A DNA stretch of 41,827 nucleotides, taken from an uncultured Acidimicrobiaceae bacterium (GTDB lineage Bacteria > Actinomycetota > Acidimicrobiia > Acidimicrobiales > UBA10347). Positions 24,815-34,395 of the stretch are shown here, piece by piece. Where the stretch lies: the NCBI GenBank assembly GCA_964513315.1, contig CAZEMU010000003.1, forward strand, positions 32,176 to 74,002, read 5' to 3'. Every line of letters starts with the position of its first letter. The stretch's first letter is position 1. The position numbers and the translations under genes were made by a program. Below the pieces are notes generated by a model, which saw only the letters and a program-made list of their open reading frames with translations, made no database searches and was not told the origin of the DNA.

Positions 24815-27334
24815 CTACCCGAGTTCGTCACTGAAGCGGCCTCGCAGCGCGACGTGCACGCCGAGGCGCTCGCGATGCTGGGCGACCGCAAGCTTGGCTT
24901 GGGGCACCTCGTGGGCGTCGAGGAACGCATAGATCGCGTCGGGATCGCCGTGTTCAAGCCACTGCACGCCACCGAGCATCCGGCCGACCGTGTTATCGGG
25001 CACCGTGTCGTTGATGGCATCCCAGCTGCTCGTCACGAAGTCCCAGACACGCAAGCCGTGATGGCGGTTACCGAGGGCTTGGCCGAGCAGGAACGCCGCG
25101 TCTTGTGAACGGATGCTTCCGTCGAGCGTCCGAGCACACATCGCGTCGATGGCGTCGGCGTCGTTGAAGCGGGCGAGTGCGAACAGATAGCGGCGTTCGA
25201 TCTGGGGCGACGGCGCGTTCTGGAAGCGGGCGAAGCACTCGTCGAAGTCAGTGCGGTCGCCGGTCGAGCCGATCACCCGGACGGCGGCGCTCTCGACACT
25301 CGCATTGTCCGTCGTGGCCGAACCGTCGAAGAGGGATCGTGCGTGGGCAATGACGTCGGCGTTCTGACTGAGCGAGCCGAGGGCGCTGTAGAGCGATGCC
25401 CGGACCTCGTTGACCAGCTGGTCCTCGTCGGGCGATGCGTCGAAGCCGAGGGCGTCGAGCTGGGGTCCGGCGATCTCTTCAAAGAGTTCGCCGACTCGTG
25501 CCCGTTCTTCGGCCGTTGGTGCGACGTGGGCCAGGGTGGCGAAGCCACTCGTGACCGCAGACCACACCGGTGGCGAGGTCTCGTTGTTGAGTGCACGGCA
25601 GAGCGCGACGAAGTCTGCGATCGTCGCCTCGCCGGCCAGGACGAGGTCGAAGAGGTCGTCGAACAGTCGGTAGCGCTGACCAGCGGTGAGGTCCATCAGA
25701 TCGGCGGCCAGGCGGTCGGCGAGTGGGCCCTCGTACCGGGTCCGGAAGAAGCCGTGGCCCTCGGGGTCGACGATCACACGGGCGGTCACGTCGCTCAGTG
25801 GGATGGCGCCGTGGGGCACCATCAGCACATTCGTGGTCTCGTCGCCCGCTTCGACGGTGACGGGGATCTTCCACTCACCACCATCACCGTTACCTTCGTC
25901 AGTGGCTGGCGACAGTGAGAAACGGCGCTGATCGAGCAGCACCTGGTCACCGTCGAGCGATGCTTCGACCAGCGGGAAGCCCGGGTCGTAGATCCACTCC
26001 TGCATGACCTCGTCGACGGGAAGATCGGTCGCGCTCTCGATCGCTCGCCACAGGTCACTGGTGACCGTGTTCGAGAAGGCGTGGGTGCGCATGTAGTTGC
26101 GGATGCCCTCGCGAAAGTCGTCGGGGCCGACGTACTGCTCGAGCATGCGCACGACCGACGCACCCTTTTCGTACGTCAGGACGTCGTACATGCCTTCGGC
26201 ATCGGCAGGGGACTCGACTTCGTATTCGATCGAGCGGGTGCTGTGCAGCGAGTCGACGTCGTAGGCGGCGGAGCGGTCGAGGGCGAAGCCCTCCCAGACC
26301 TTCCAGTCGGGGCGGTAGGCGTGGGTGGCCGACGTTTCCATGAACGTGGCGAAGGCTTCCTTGAGCCACAGGCCTTCCCACCACTGCATGGTGACGAGGT
26401 TGCCGAACCACATGTGGGCGAGCTCGTGGGCGATCACGGCAACCGAACGCTGCTGTTCAGGCTGGGTGGTCTTGTCTTCGTCGACGAGGAGCAGGACTTC
26501 GCGGAACGTGACGGCGCCGGTGTTCTCCATGGCGCCGAAGGCGAAGTCGGGGATCGCCAGCATGTCGATCTTGTCGCCGAAGTACGGCACGCCGAAGTAG
26601 TCCGTCAGCCAGCGCAGACAGAACACGGTGGCATCGAGCGCGAACGTGACCTCGTCGCCTCGGCCGGGCCGGTGCACGATGCGCACGGGCACGCCATCGA
26701 CGTCGACCGGGTCGGTGGCTTCGAGCTCGCCCACGCAGAACGCCAACAGGTACGTCGACATCAGCGGGGTAGGGGCGTAGGTGATCTGAACGAGGCCGTC
26801 GCCCAGGTCCGTGCGGCCGGTCTCGGACATCGCCGAGACAGCAAGCAAGTTGTCGGGGACTTCGAGGGCGACTTCGAACACGGCCTTGTGGGCGGGCTCG
26901 TCCCAGCAGGGGAAGCAGCGTCGAGCGTTGGTCGACTCGAACTGGGTGGTGGCGATCGTGTGCTCGGTGCCGTCGTCGTCGGTGAAGCTGCTGCGGTAGA
27001 AGCCTCGGAGCTTGTCGTTGAGGACGCCGTCGAAGGTGATGTCGACCGTGAGGTCGCCCGCGGCGACCGCTTCGTCGACGGTGAGCGTGAGTCGCTCCGT
27101 TGCTTCGTCGAGTGCAATCGAGGCGGTCTGCTCGGTGTCGCCCTGGCGGACGACTGCTGAATGAATGTCGAGCTCGATGGCATTCATCACGATCGAGGTC
27201 GTGGACTCGCTTGCGGTTGCGGTGATCGACACCTGGCCAGCGAACGAAGCCGCTGGAATGTCTGGTCGCAGCGTCACGGCATAACGCGACGGCAAGACGG
27301 TGGTCGGAAGACGGTGCGGGTTGGTCTGTTCCAC
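24815..27334 (-). CDS. pepN: M1 family aminopeptidase N
   Basis: TQFE, GAMEN, HELAHMWFGN...LKE, YEKGA; long ERAP1-like C-terminal domain. Confidence 0.93.
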   Translation of the reverse strand: MEQTNPHRLPTTVLPSRYAVTLRPDIPAASFAGQVSITATASESTTSIVMNAIELDIHSAVVRQGDTEQTASIALDEATERLTLTVDEAVAAGDLTVDITFDGVLNDKLRGFYRSSFTDDDGTEHTIATTQFESTNARRCFPCWDEPAHKAVFEVALEVPDNLLAVSAMSETGRTDLGDGLVQITYAPTPLMSTYLLAFCVGELEATDPVDVDGVPVRIVHRPGRGDEVTFALDATVFCLRWLTDYFGVPYFGDKIDMLAIPDFAFGAMENTGAVTFREVLLLVDEDKTTQPEQQRSVAVIAHELAHMWFGNLVTMQWWEGLWLKEAFATFMETSATHAYRPDWKVWEGFALDRSAAYDVDSLHSTRSIEYEVESPADAEGMYDVLTYEKGASVVRMLEQYVGPDDFREGIRNYMRTHAFSNTVTSDLWRAIESATDLPVDEVMQEWIYDPGFPLVEASLDGDQVLLDQRRFSLSPATDEGNGDGGEWKIPVTVEAGDETTNVLMVPHGAIPLSDVTARVIVDPEGHGFFRTRYEGPLADRLAADLMDLTAGQRYRLFDDLFDLVLAGEATIADFVALCRALNNETSPPVWSAVTSGFATLAHVAPTAEERARVGELFEEIAGPQLDALGFDASPDEDQLVNEVRASLYSALGSLSQNADVIAHARSLFDGSATTDNASVESAAVRVIGSTGDRTDFDECFARFQNAPSPQIERRYLFALARFNDADAIDAMCARTLDGSIRSQDAAFLLGQALGNRHHGLRVWDFVTSSWDAINDTVPDNTVGRMLGGVQWLEHGDPDAIYAFLDAHEVPQAKLAVAQHRERLGVHVALRGRFSDELG

Positions 27335-27428
27335 ACCCCAAGGCTAGGTCGCTTGGCCGCAAGCGTGGGCGTGCCCTGGACAGGGGTGGGTCGTTCCGTC
27401 CTGGGGCCCGGCGAGCTACGGTGCCGCC

Positions 27429-28418
27429 GTGCCAGAGAAGTCTGAGAAGAAGTACGACGTCGTCGGAATCGGCAATGCCATCGTCGATGTGATTGCGCAA
27501 CAGGACGATGAGTTCATCGATCGGTTCAGCCTCACCAAGGGGTCGATGGAACTGATCGCTGCCGAACGGGCGGTCGAGCTGTACGACGCCATGACCGTGC
27601 TGACCGAAACTTCGGGCGGTTCCGCCGGCAACACCATCACCGGCGTCGCCTCGTTTGGCGGTTCGGCGTCGATGATCGGCAAGGTCGCTGACGACCACCT
27701 CGGGCACGTGTTCGCCGCGGACAGCGCCGCCCAAGGCGTGCAATTCGGTGTCGCTCCGGCGACCGAAGGCGAGCCGACCGGCCGCTCGATGATCGTGGTC
27801 ACGCCCGATGCGGAACGGACGATGAACACGTTCCTGGGCGCAGCGACCACGCTGTACCGCAGCGACATCCCTGAAGACATCGTGGCCAACTCGAGCATCC
27901 TGTACTGCGAGGGCTACATCTGGGATATCGACGTCACCAAAGACGCGATCCGCCACGCCATCGAAATCTCCAAGGCTGCCGGCAACAAGATCTCATTCAC
28001 GCTGAGCGACTCGTTCTGCGTCGACCGCCACTTCGATGAATGGCACGAGCTGCTGAACGGCGAGATCGACATCTTGTTCGGCAACGAAGAAGAACTGATG
28101 GCGCTGACCAAGGCCGCGACCCACGCCGAGGCCATCGAAGCCGTGCGGGGTCGTTGCGAGATCTTGTGCGCAACGATGGGTCCTGGCGGTTCGGTCATCG
28201 TGACGGCCGATGAGACCGTCGAGATTCCGGCCGTGCCGGTCGACAACGTGGTCGATACGACCGGCGCAGGCGACCAGTACGCCGCGGGCGTGCTCTACGG
28301 CATCTCCCGAGGCATGAGCCTGTATGACGCCGGCATGTTGGGCTCCAAGGCTGCAGCCGAAGTGATCGCTCACCTCGGTCCTCGCCCGGCGATCGCCCTG
28401 TCCGACCTGCTCGACTGA
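27429..28418 (+). CDS. PfkB family adenosine kinase-like sugar/nucleoside kinase
   Basis: GNAIVD, GGSAGNT, ERTMNTFLGA, FGNEEE, VVDTTGAGD. Confidence 0.9.
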   Translation: MPEKSEKKYDVVGIGNAIVDVIAQQDDEFIDRFSLTKGSMELIAAERAVELYDAMTVLTETSGGSAGNTITGVASFGGSASMIGKVADDHLGHVFAADSAAQGVQFGVAPATEGEPTGRSMIVVTPDAERTMNTFLGAATTLYRSDIPEDIVANSSILYCEGYIWDIDVTKDAIRHAIEISKAAGNKISFTLSDSFCVDRHFDEWHELLNGEIDILFGNEEELMALTKAATHAEAIEAVRGRCEILCATMGPGGSVIVTADETVEIPAVPVDNVVDTTGAGDQYAAGVLYGISRGMSLYDAGMLGSKAAAEVIAHLGPRPAIALSDLLD

Positions 28419-28439
28419 AGCGCGGCGAGAGGAACAGTC

Positions 28440-29093
28440 ATGAGCGATGCGACCGATCCCTTTGTCTTCGGGGTCGATCTCGATGGCGTATGCGCCGACT
28501 ACACCCGCGGCTTTCGTGACTTCTGTGCTGAGCGCTTAGGCGTCTCGCCTGAGTCGCTGCCGCTCGAACGCTCGTGGGACTTCCGGGAGTGGGGCTTCGA
28601 CCAAGCCAAGTTCGAAGAGCTGCACCTGGCCGCAATCAACGAGGGTCGGATCTTCTCGACGCTCGAGGTCATCCCAGGCGCGGCCGAGGCGCTCTGGCGC
28701 CTGAGCGATGCTGGCGTCTGGATTCGCATCGTGACGCACCGTCTGTACGTGAACTGGGGCCATTCGAACGCCGCAGGTGACACGGTCGCTTGGTTGGACG
28801 AGGCCAAGATCCCGTACCGAGATCTCTGCTTCGTTGGTGCGAAACGAGACGTCGGCGCCGACGCCTACATCGATGACGGGCCGCACAACATCAAGAATCT
28901 CCGGGCAGCAGGGCGCACGGCCATCGTGTTCGAACAGCCCTACAACCGAGACATCGGTGGTCTTCGGGCCCGCACGTGGGAAGAAGTCGAAGAGATCGTC
29001 TACGACCTGATGACCGAGGCTGGCGTCGTCGCCGAGCCGTCGCTGCCTGGCTTCGACCCCGACCCCGGACGCCTCGACCGTCGCAAGGAATAG
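28440..29093 (+). CDS. 5'(3')-deoxyribonucleotidase-like HAD phosphatase (NT5C family)
   Basis: VDLDGV motif I, IVTHR, YIDDGPHN, QPYNR. Confidence 0.82.
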   Translation: MSDATDPFVFGVDLDGVCADYTRGFRDFCAERLGVSPESLPLERSWDFREWGFDQAKFEELHLAAINEGRIFSTLEVIPGAAEALWRLSDAGVWIRIVTHRLYVNWGHSNAAGDTVAWLDEAKIPYRDLCFVGAKRDVGADAYIDDGPHNIKNLRAAGRTAIVFEQPYNRDIGGLRARTWEEVEEIVYDLMTEAGVVAEPSLPGFDPDPGRLDRRKE

Positions 29094-29238
29094 CCACCGG
29101 CGCCAATTCGTCGCGCACACGGCCCTACACGCTGGCCCACACGTCGGGATCACCCGACTCGTGCAACAGCTGGTCACCGAGGCCCGACGGGTCGCCCTCA
29201 GCGATGACGAGATACGAACCTTGGTGGAAGGCCAACCT

Positions 29239-29823
29239 ATGACTGCCAACCGTGCCAACGATCCAACCTTGCGGGACCAGCTCGCCAGCTACATCGGCAT
29301 CGGCGATTCCGAGCCGGTCGAAGCGGAACCTGCGCTGGACATGCAGGCGAGTGAACGGGTCACGTGGATGCGAACCCAAACATCGATCTGGCCTGCGCTC
29401 GTTGCCGTCTTGATGATGGCCGTCGGCGCGGTCGTGCTTGTGATCGAGTTCCCCGAAGCCAATGCAATCAGTGGTGCCGTGCTTGCGATCGCCGGGCTGA
29501 CGGTGCTGGCGTTCAGCCGTATCCAGGTGCAAGCCGATGCCACTGGTGTGCGCGTCCGATTCGGGATGTTGCCGTGGCCGACCAAGTTCGTTGCCATCGA
29601 CGACATCGAACATGCAGGCGCCATCGACCTCCGTCCAACGGAGTGGGGTGGCTGGGGCTATCGCATCGCTCGCCCAGCCAAGGGGTTCAGCCGTAGCGCT
29701 GTCGTGCTGCGGGGCGGCGAAGCCCTGCATCTGACGCAACGCAACGGACGCGAGTTCGCGGTCACGGTCGACGATGCCGCCCAAGCCGCCGCGGTCGTGA
29801 ACGCCTACGTCGAACAGCGCTAG
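29239..29823 (+). CDS. Membrane protein with PH-like C-terminal domain (EWGGWGYR family)
   Basis: Two TM helices followed by WGGWGYR...VVLRGGEAL...FAVTVDDA; start uncertain (ATG 29239 or GTG 29161). Confidence 0.65.
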   Translation: MTANRANDPTLRDQLASYIGIGDSEPVEAEPALDMQASERVTWMRTQTSIWPALVAVLMMAVGAVVLVIEFPEANAISGAVLAIAGLTVLAFSRIQVQADATGVRVRFGMLPWPTKFVAIDDIEHAGAIDLRPTEWGGWGYRIARPAKGFSRSAVVLRGGEALHLTQRNGREFAVTVDDAAQAAAVVNAYVEQR

Positions 29824-29833
29824 GGCGCTTGCC

Positions 29834-30727
29834 CTAGCGCTCTGCGGCAAGCTCCACAGCGATCTGGGCGGCGACTCGGGCGTTGTTCTCGACCAGCGCC
29901 GTGTTGGCAGCAACGCTTGCGCCGCCGGTGAGCTCGGCGATCGCGCCGAGCACGAATGGTGTGCGAGCAGGTCCGGTTACTCCGGCAGCGTCGGCCTGGG
30001 CTTCGGCCTGATCCATGGCGTCGTCGAGCAGGGCTTGATCGATCGGCTGAGGTGGTGGCACGGTCACGAGCACGCCACCCTGTCCGAGCGCTCGGCGATG
30101 GCGGAGCATGTCAGCAATCTCGGCCGGGTCGTCGCTGCGATGCGGTACTTCGAGCCCGCTCGTGGCGGCGGTGAAGGCCGGCAGTTCATCGGTGCCGTAG
30201 CCCACAACCACCACGCCGAGCGTCTCGAGCATCTCGAGCGTGCGGGGTAGATCGAGGAACGCCTTAGCTCCGGCGCAGACGGTGACGATAGGAAAGCGGC
30301 CCAGCATCGGCAGGTCGCCGCTGATGTCGCCTGTGACCGCAGCGCCACGGTGGACGCCGCCGATCCCTCCGGTTGCGAAGACGCTGATGCCCGCTTGATC
30401 GGCCAGGGTGAGCGAAGCGCCAACCGTGGTGACGCCGACAGGCCAGCGTTGCGCTGCCGCGACCGCCAGGTCACGAGCGGCGACCTTTTCGGTTGCTTCG
30501 AGGATCAGGTCGTCCTGGTCGACGCCGACCGACGGCTGACCATCAATGACCGCGGTCAGGGCAGGGACCGCGCCCAGTTCGGCGACGGCACGGCGAGAGG
30601 CGTGCAGCACCTCGCGGTTGTGGGGAACCGGCAGGCCGAGGGTGCTGTAGACCGTCGACTCGAGCGCGACGACAGGGTTGCCGGCGTCGAGTGCGGCTTG
30701 AACGGCGGGGAGAACAGTGATGGGCAT
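29834..30727 (-). CDS. psuG: Pseudouridine-5'-phosphate glycosidase
   Basis: PVVALEST, FATGGIGGVHRG, DISGDL, GAKAFLD, TLEMLETLG, TPFVL. Confidence 0.92.
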   Translation of the reverse strand: MPITVLPAVQAALDAGNPVVALESTVYSTLGLPVPHNREVLHASRRAVAELGAVPALTAVIDGQPSVGVDQDDLILEATEKVAARDLAVAAAQRWPVGVTTVGASLTLADQAGISVFATGGIGGVHRGAAVTGDISGDLPMLGRFPIVTVCAGAKAFLDLPRTLEMLETLGVVVVGYGTDELPAFTAATSGLEVPHRSDDPAEIADMLRHRRALGQGGVLVTVPPPQPIDQALLDDAMDQAEAQADAAGVTGPARTPFVLGAIAELTGGASVAANTALVENNARVAAQIAVELAAER

Positions 30728-30733
30728 CGTGGC

Positions 30734-31456
30734 TCAGATCGGATTGTCGAGGTCGGCGGCGATCGTTTCGATCAGCCCGGGAACTTCGCGGATGCTGTCG
30801 ACTCGAGTCCAGCGATCAGCGTTGGGAGGGTCTTCGGTCGCGGTTTCGAGTGCCCAGGTGGTTTCGTACGGCACATGGATCGCCCGTGCGCCGATCTCGA
30901 CCAGCGGCGCAACGTCAGAGACGATCGAGTTACCGATCATCACGAACCGTGCCGGATCGATCCGGTGGCGGCTGAGAATGCGGCGGTAGGTGCCGGCGTC
31001 TTTGTCGGCGACGACCTCGACGTCAAAGCAGAACCGAGCCACATTGGCCTCGTTGATTCGGCGCAGCTGATGGTGCAGGTCGCCCTTGGTGATAATCAAC
31101 GTCGGGTGCTCAGCGCTGACCGCTTCGAGCGCTTCGACCGCGCCATCGATCGCAACGGTCGGCATGGCAAGGAGGTCATCGGCTGCTTCGACGAACCGGC
31201 GCAGCGTCCTCGCATCGATCTCATGGTCGGAGAGGTCGCAGGCCGCAGCAATCATCGACAGCGCAAAGCTCTTCACGCCGTAGCCGTACGTGGCGACACG
31301 CGACCGTTCTTGGGCGATGAGTACCCGCTCAGCAGTTTCGGCATCGGCCCATGGGGAGACGAGTTCGTTGAAGAGCTGTTCGACATCGGCAAAGGCGTTC
31401 TCGTTGTGCCACAACGTGTCGTCGGCATCGAACGCAACCGTCAAACCTGTACGCAT
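30734..31456 (-). CDS. HAD family hydrolase
   Basis: FDADDTLWHNE, GYGVKSF, ITKGDL, MIGNSIVSD. Confidence 0.9.
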   Translation of the reverse strand: MRTGLTVAFDADDTLWHNENAFADVEQLFNELVSPWADAETAERVLIAQERSRVATYGYGVKSFALSMIAAACDLSDHEIDARTLRRFVEAADDLLAMPTVAIDGAVEALEAVSAEHPTLIITKGDLHHQLRRINEANVARFCFDVEVVADKDAGTYRRILSRHRIDPARFVMIGNSIVSDVAPLVEIGARAIHVPYETTWALETATEDPPNADRWTRVDSIREVPGLIETIAADLDNPI

Positions 31457-31488
31457 CGCTCCGAAGGCTACGACCGTAAGCTCGGCAG

Positions 31489-32045
31489 ATGGCGAGCTGG
31501 CTCGGGATCGTCGGTTTTCGCCGCCATCCGATCATCGCCGCCTGCCTCTGCACCGCTGCGATCGTCGCCTGGATCGTCCTCGGCACCTCAGCGCTCGACG
31601 GATTCGCGTCGACCGACACTCGGCTCTTCGTTCGTGACGGCATCGTTCGCTGGCCGCTCGCGGCTCTGCTGCTCGTCGCCCTGTTCCGCCTCCGTAGCCG
31701 CTGGGACATATCGACGATGGGTCTGCCGCAGCGCCCGACGCGACTTCCGTGGGCGACCATCGCACGACGGTGCTTGGTGCGCTGTTCCTGGCATCAACGC
31801 TTGAACTGCGAAGTCTGTGGCCGGCTGCGATCTTGCACGGGCTACTCGATGTCGGCGTCAACGGCCCCGATCTTGCCCCGGCCGAGGTCGACGAGAGCTG
31901 GGGCGAGACGTTTCTCATCGCGGGCGACCTCGTGTTGTTCGCCGCGTCGATTGCAAGCCTGATCGCGTTCGCCCTGTGGCGATCGTGGCCGATCATCGGC
32001 GCAGTAGACGGCGAACAGCCGTCGCCCGAGGGTGAGAAGCAGTAA
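31489..32045 (+). pseudogene. CPBP/CAAX (Abi) intramembrane protease, frameshifted and internally deleted
   Basis: Hydrophobic N-terminus is in one frame to about 31760; the C-terminal SLWPAAILHGLLD motif is in another frame; the central EExxFR and FxxxH motifs are absent. Confidence 0.6.
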
Positions 32046-32128
32046 TCCGGCACTCGCCCGAGGCCTCGACCAGTGGAGGCGCTGTTCGGTTGTGGCGTTG
32101 GGCGATAACGAGGGTTATTCTGCGGCCC

Positions 32129-32770
32129 ATGCAGGAAGCGGCCGGCGACGGCACCGGACCGGCCGACGACATTCGTCGAGCACTCATCGACGCTGCGGCT
32201 GAGGTCTTTGCTGAAGAGGGTTACTCGGGCGCCCGAGTGCAGTCGATCGCCGAACGTGCTGGGCTCACCACCGGCGCGATCTACAACCGCTTCTCCGGCA
32301 AGTCGGAGTTGCTGCTCGAAGCGCTCGACCTCCACACGTCAGCATTGCTCGAAGATTTGGCCGAGGCCGAGCTCGGAGCAACCGACATTCTCCAAACCGT
32401 CGGCGTGGCGCTCCTCGACAACGAAAGCCCAGCATCGGCGCTGCTGCTCGAGTCGTTCATGGCAGCTCGCCGCGAAGAAGAGATCGCCGAGCGCCTCCGG
32501 CCGCGCCTTGCCGATGAACGCACCCGACTGGCCAAGCTCGTCGACGCCGAGAAGGGCGACGGCCAACTGAGCGACGCGCTCGACACCGATGCGATCGTGA
32601 CCTTCTGCCAGTCGGTCGGCCTCGGTATGCGCATGCTCGGAGCCATCGATACCGAGATGCCCGACCCCGCTGCTTGGCAGCGGGTCATCGCTGTGCTGTT
32701 GGCGTCGCTCTCGCCCGCGCACGTCGCTGAGCTCGACGCTCGCGGCGCCGTTCCGCGCGCCCAGGAGTAG
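32129..32770 (+). CDS. TetR/AcrR family transcriptional regulator
   Basis: AAAEVFAEEGY...IAERAGLTTGAIYNRFSGKSEL HTH. Confidence 0.92.
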   Translation: MQEAAGDGTGPADDIRRALIDAAAEVFAEEGYSGARVQSIAERAGLTTGAIYNRFSGKSELLLEALDLHTSALLEDLAEAELGATDILQTVGVALLDNESPASALLLESFMAARREEEIAERLRPRLADERTRLAKLVDAEKGDGQLSDALDTDAIVTFCQSVGLGMRMLGAIDTEMPDPAAWQRVIAVLLASLSPAHVAELDARGAVPRAQE

Positions 32771-32866
32771 CAAAAGTAGCTCGCCCCCGATTTGTCTGCG
32801 CCAGCGAGCCAGTGCGGATGTGAACCCGGTGACGCCGCCGACGCTGCTGCCCAATGGGCGCGCCGG

Positions 32867-33220
32867 TTACAGCTTGCAGGCGGGCGTGCCGCCAGGTAGC
32901 CGATGCCGGTTGTTCGCGATGACGGGGTACACCACGCGAGCCAGGTGGATCACACCGGGTAGCGCAAGCAGATGTCCCAGCACGCGCCACGGCGATGGCA
33001 CCGCCTGCATGGCGTGCGCGCACGCGTCGGCACCGGAGCTCAGCGAGCCGTCATCGGCTCGAAACCAGACCGAGGTCGATGTTTGCTCGGCCGTCAGGCC
33101 AATCTCATCGAGATCGAGGGCTTGCCACATCTCGATAGACGCGTCAGAACCCGCCCTACGGGCGTACCAGTTCGCGGACGTGGTGCAGAAGCCGCAATCT
33201 CCGTCGTAGATCAGCAGCAC
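32867..33220 (-). CDS. DCC1-like thiol-disulfide oxidoreductase (DUF393)
   Basis: IYDGDCGFC N-terminal motif; Y..IANNRHRLPGGTPAC. Confidence 0.88.
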   Translation of the reverse strand: MLLIYDGDCGFCTTSANWYARRAGSDASIEMWQALDLDEIGLTAEQTSTSVWFRADDGSLSSGADACAHAMQAVPSPWRVLGHLLALPGVIHLARVVYPVIANNRHRLPGGTPACKL

Positions 33221-33241
33221 CGCAGATGGTGAGGGGCGGAA

Positions 33242-33328
33242 TTAGTTCCGGCCGTAGTTGGGCTTGCGGCCGTGGTTCGCCTTCTTGCGGCGGGCACGAG
33301 CCTTGCCCTTCTGGGTGCGCTTCGACAT
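33242..33328 (-). CDS. 50S ribosomal protein bL37 (28 aa), absent from ORF track
   Basis: MSKRTQKGKARARRKKANHGRKPNYGRN carries the KANHG(K/R)xPN signature of actinobacterial bL37; TAACCT -10 element 7 nt upstream. Confidence 0.85.
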   Translation of the reverse strand: MSKRTQKGKARARRKKANHGRKPNYGRN

Positions 33329-33385
33329 GTCGAGCAGGTTAGCGGCCTACCCGTCGGCTGCCACCGTGGCACATGCCTCTCGTGC

Positions 33386-34387
33386 CTATCCGACCAGTGC
33401 CTGCTGCTCGGCGCTCAGATCCGGCACAGGAGGGAGCGTGTAGCGGTCGGTGTCGGCGGCTATGACGTCAGGGAAGCGGTCAGCGTCGACGTAGATGTCG
33501 CTCCAGTTGGTGGTTGAGCCGCGCTCGTCGATGGCACGGCGGCGTCGCTCGATGACCCGCTCGTTCGAACGAGACTTCGGCATCATGCACACCAAGCTGA
33601 CCGCTCGCAGCAACTGATCGGTCACTGGCGGTGCAGGTTCGATCCCGGGGCTCGAACAGTGGATGGTGCGTGAATCCCACAGCAGAAGATCGCCAGCTTC
33701 CATGTGGCACATCAGCGGGGTCTGCTCGATGAGTGGGTCATCGGCAGGGAAGCGAAAGTGGTCGACTGCTTCGGGGATGCGGGCCAGCCGCTCGGTGTAG
33801 AGATCCGGGATCGAGGCGAAGCGCTTGTGCGAACCGGGCACGACGATGTTGCCGCCGATCGCCGGCGACGTGGGGAGCAGCGACACGAGTCCCTGCACGC
33901 ATTGGAAGCCGGGACGGCCGATGGGGTGTTGGTCGATATGCAGCCACGAGCCGCCACGGTTCGTCGCCCACGCCGGGTTCGCCGCGGTTGGACGCCACAG
34001 GGCCATGCCATCGAAGCTGACGAGCAGATCGTCGTCGTCCCAGACGGCGGCGAACGATTGCTTCACCGCAGGGGCAGATCGGATGAACCATTGGGCGGCC
34101 GTTTGGCCGACGCCTTGGCTGGGGATGATCCCGCCGTGGACCGCGACGGGCCAGCGGTCGTCATCCCAGGTGCTCGAGTCAGTGCGATCGATACCGGTCC
34201 CGAGTCCTTCGAGCCAATCCCAGGTGAGATCGAGCGCCTGCGCGGCAGCATCGGCATCGAGCGCGTTTGCGATGATGACGAAGCCCTCGTCACGAAGGTG
34301 CTCGACCGATTCGACCGACCCAGCTTCGAGACGCGGCACATGCGCATAGCGAGGTTCGATCGGTGCGGCCTGATCCATCGTTGCCAT
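33386..34387 (-). CDS. Phytanoyl-CoA dioxygenase family Fe(II)/2OG oxygenase
   Basis: WLHIDQ (HxD), VPGSH, GDLLLWDSRTIH; AGGAG RBS before ATG 34387. Confidence 0.85.
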   Translation of the reverse strand: MATMDQAAPIEPRYAHVPRLEAGSVESVEHLRDEGFVIIANALDADAAAQALDLTWDWLEGLGTGIDRTDSSTWDDDRWPVAVHGGIIPSQGVGQTAAQWFIRSAPAVKQSFAAVWDDDDLLVSFDGMALWRPTAANPAWATNRGGSWLHIDQHPIGRPGFQCVQGLVSLLPTSPAIGGNIVVPGSHKRFASIPDLYTERLARIPEAVDHFRFPADDPLIEQTPLMCHMEAGDLLLWDSRTIHCSSPGIEPAPPVTDQLLRAVSLVCMMPKSRSNERVIERRRRAIDERGSTTNWSDIYVDADRFPDVIAADTDRYTLPPVPDLSAEQQALVG

Positions 34388-34395
34388 GGGAGCTC

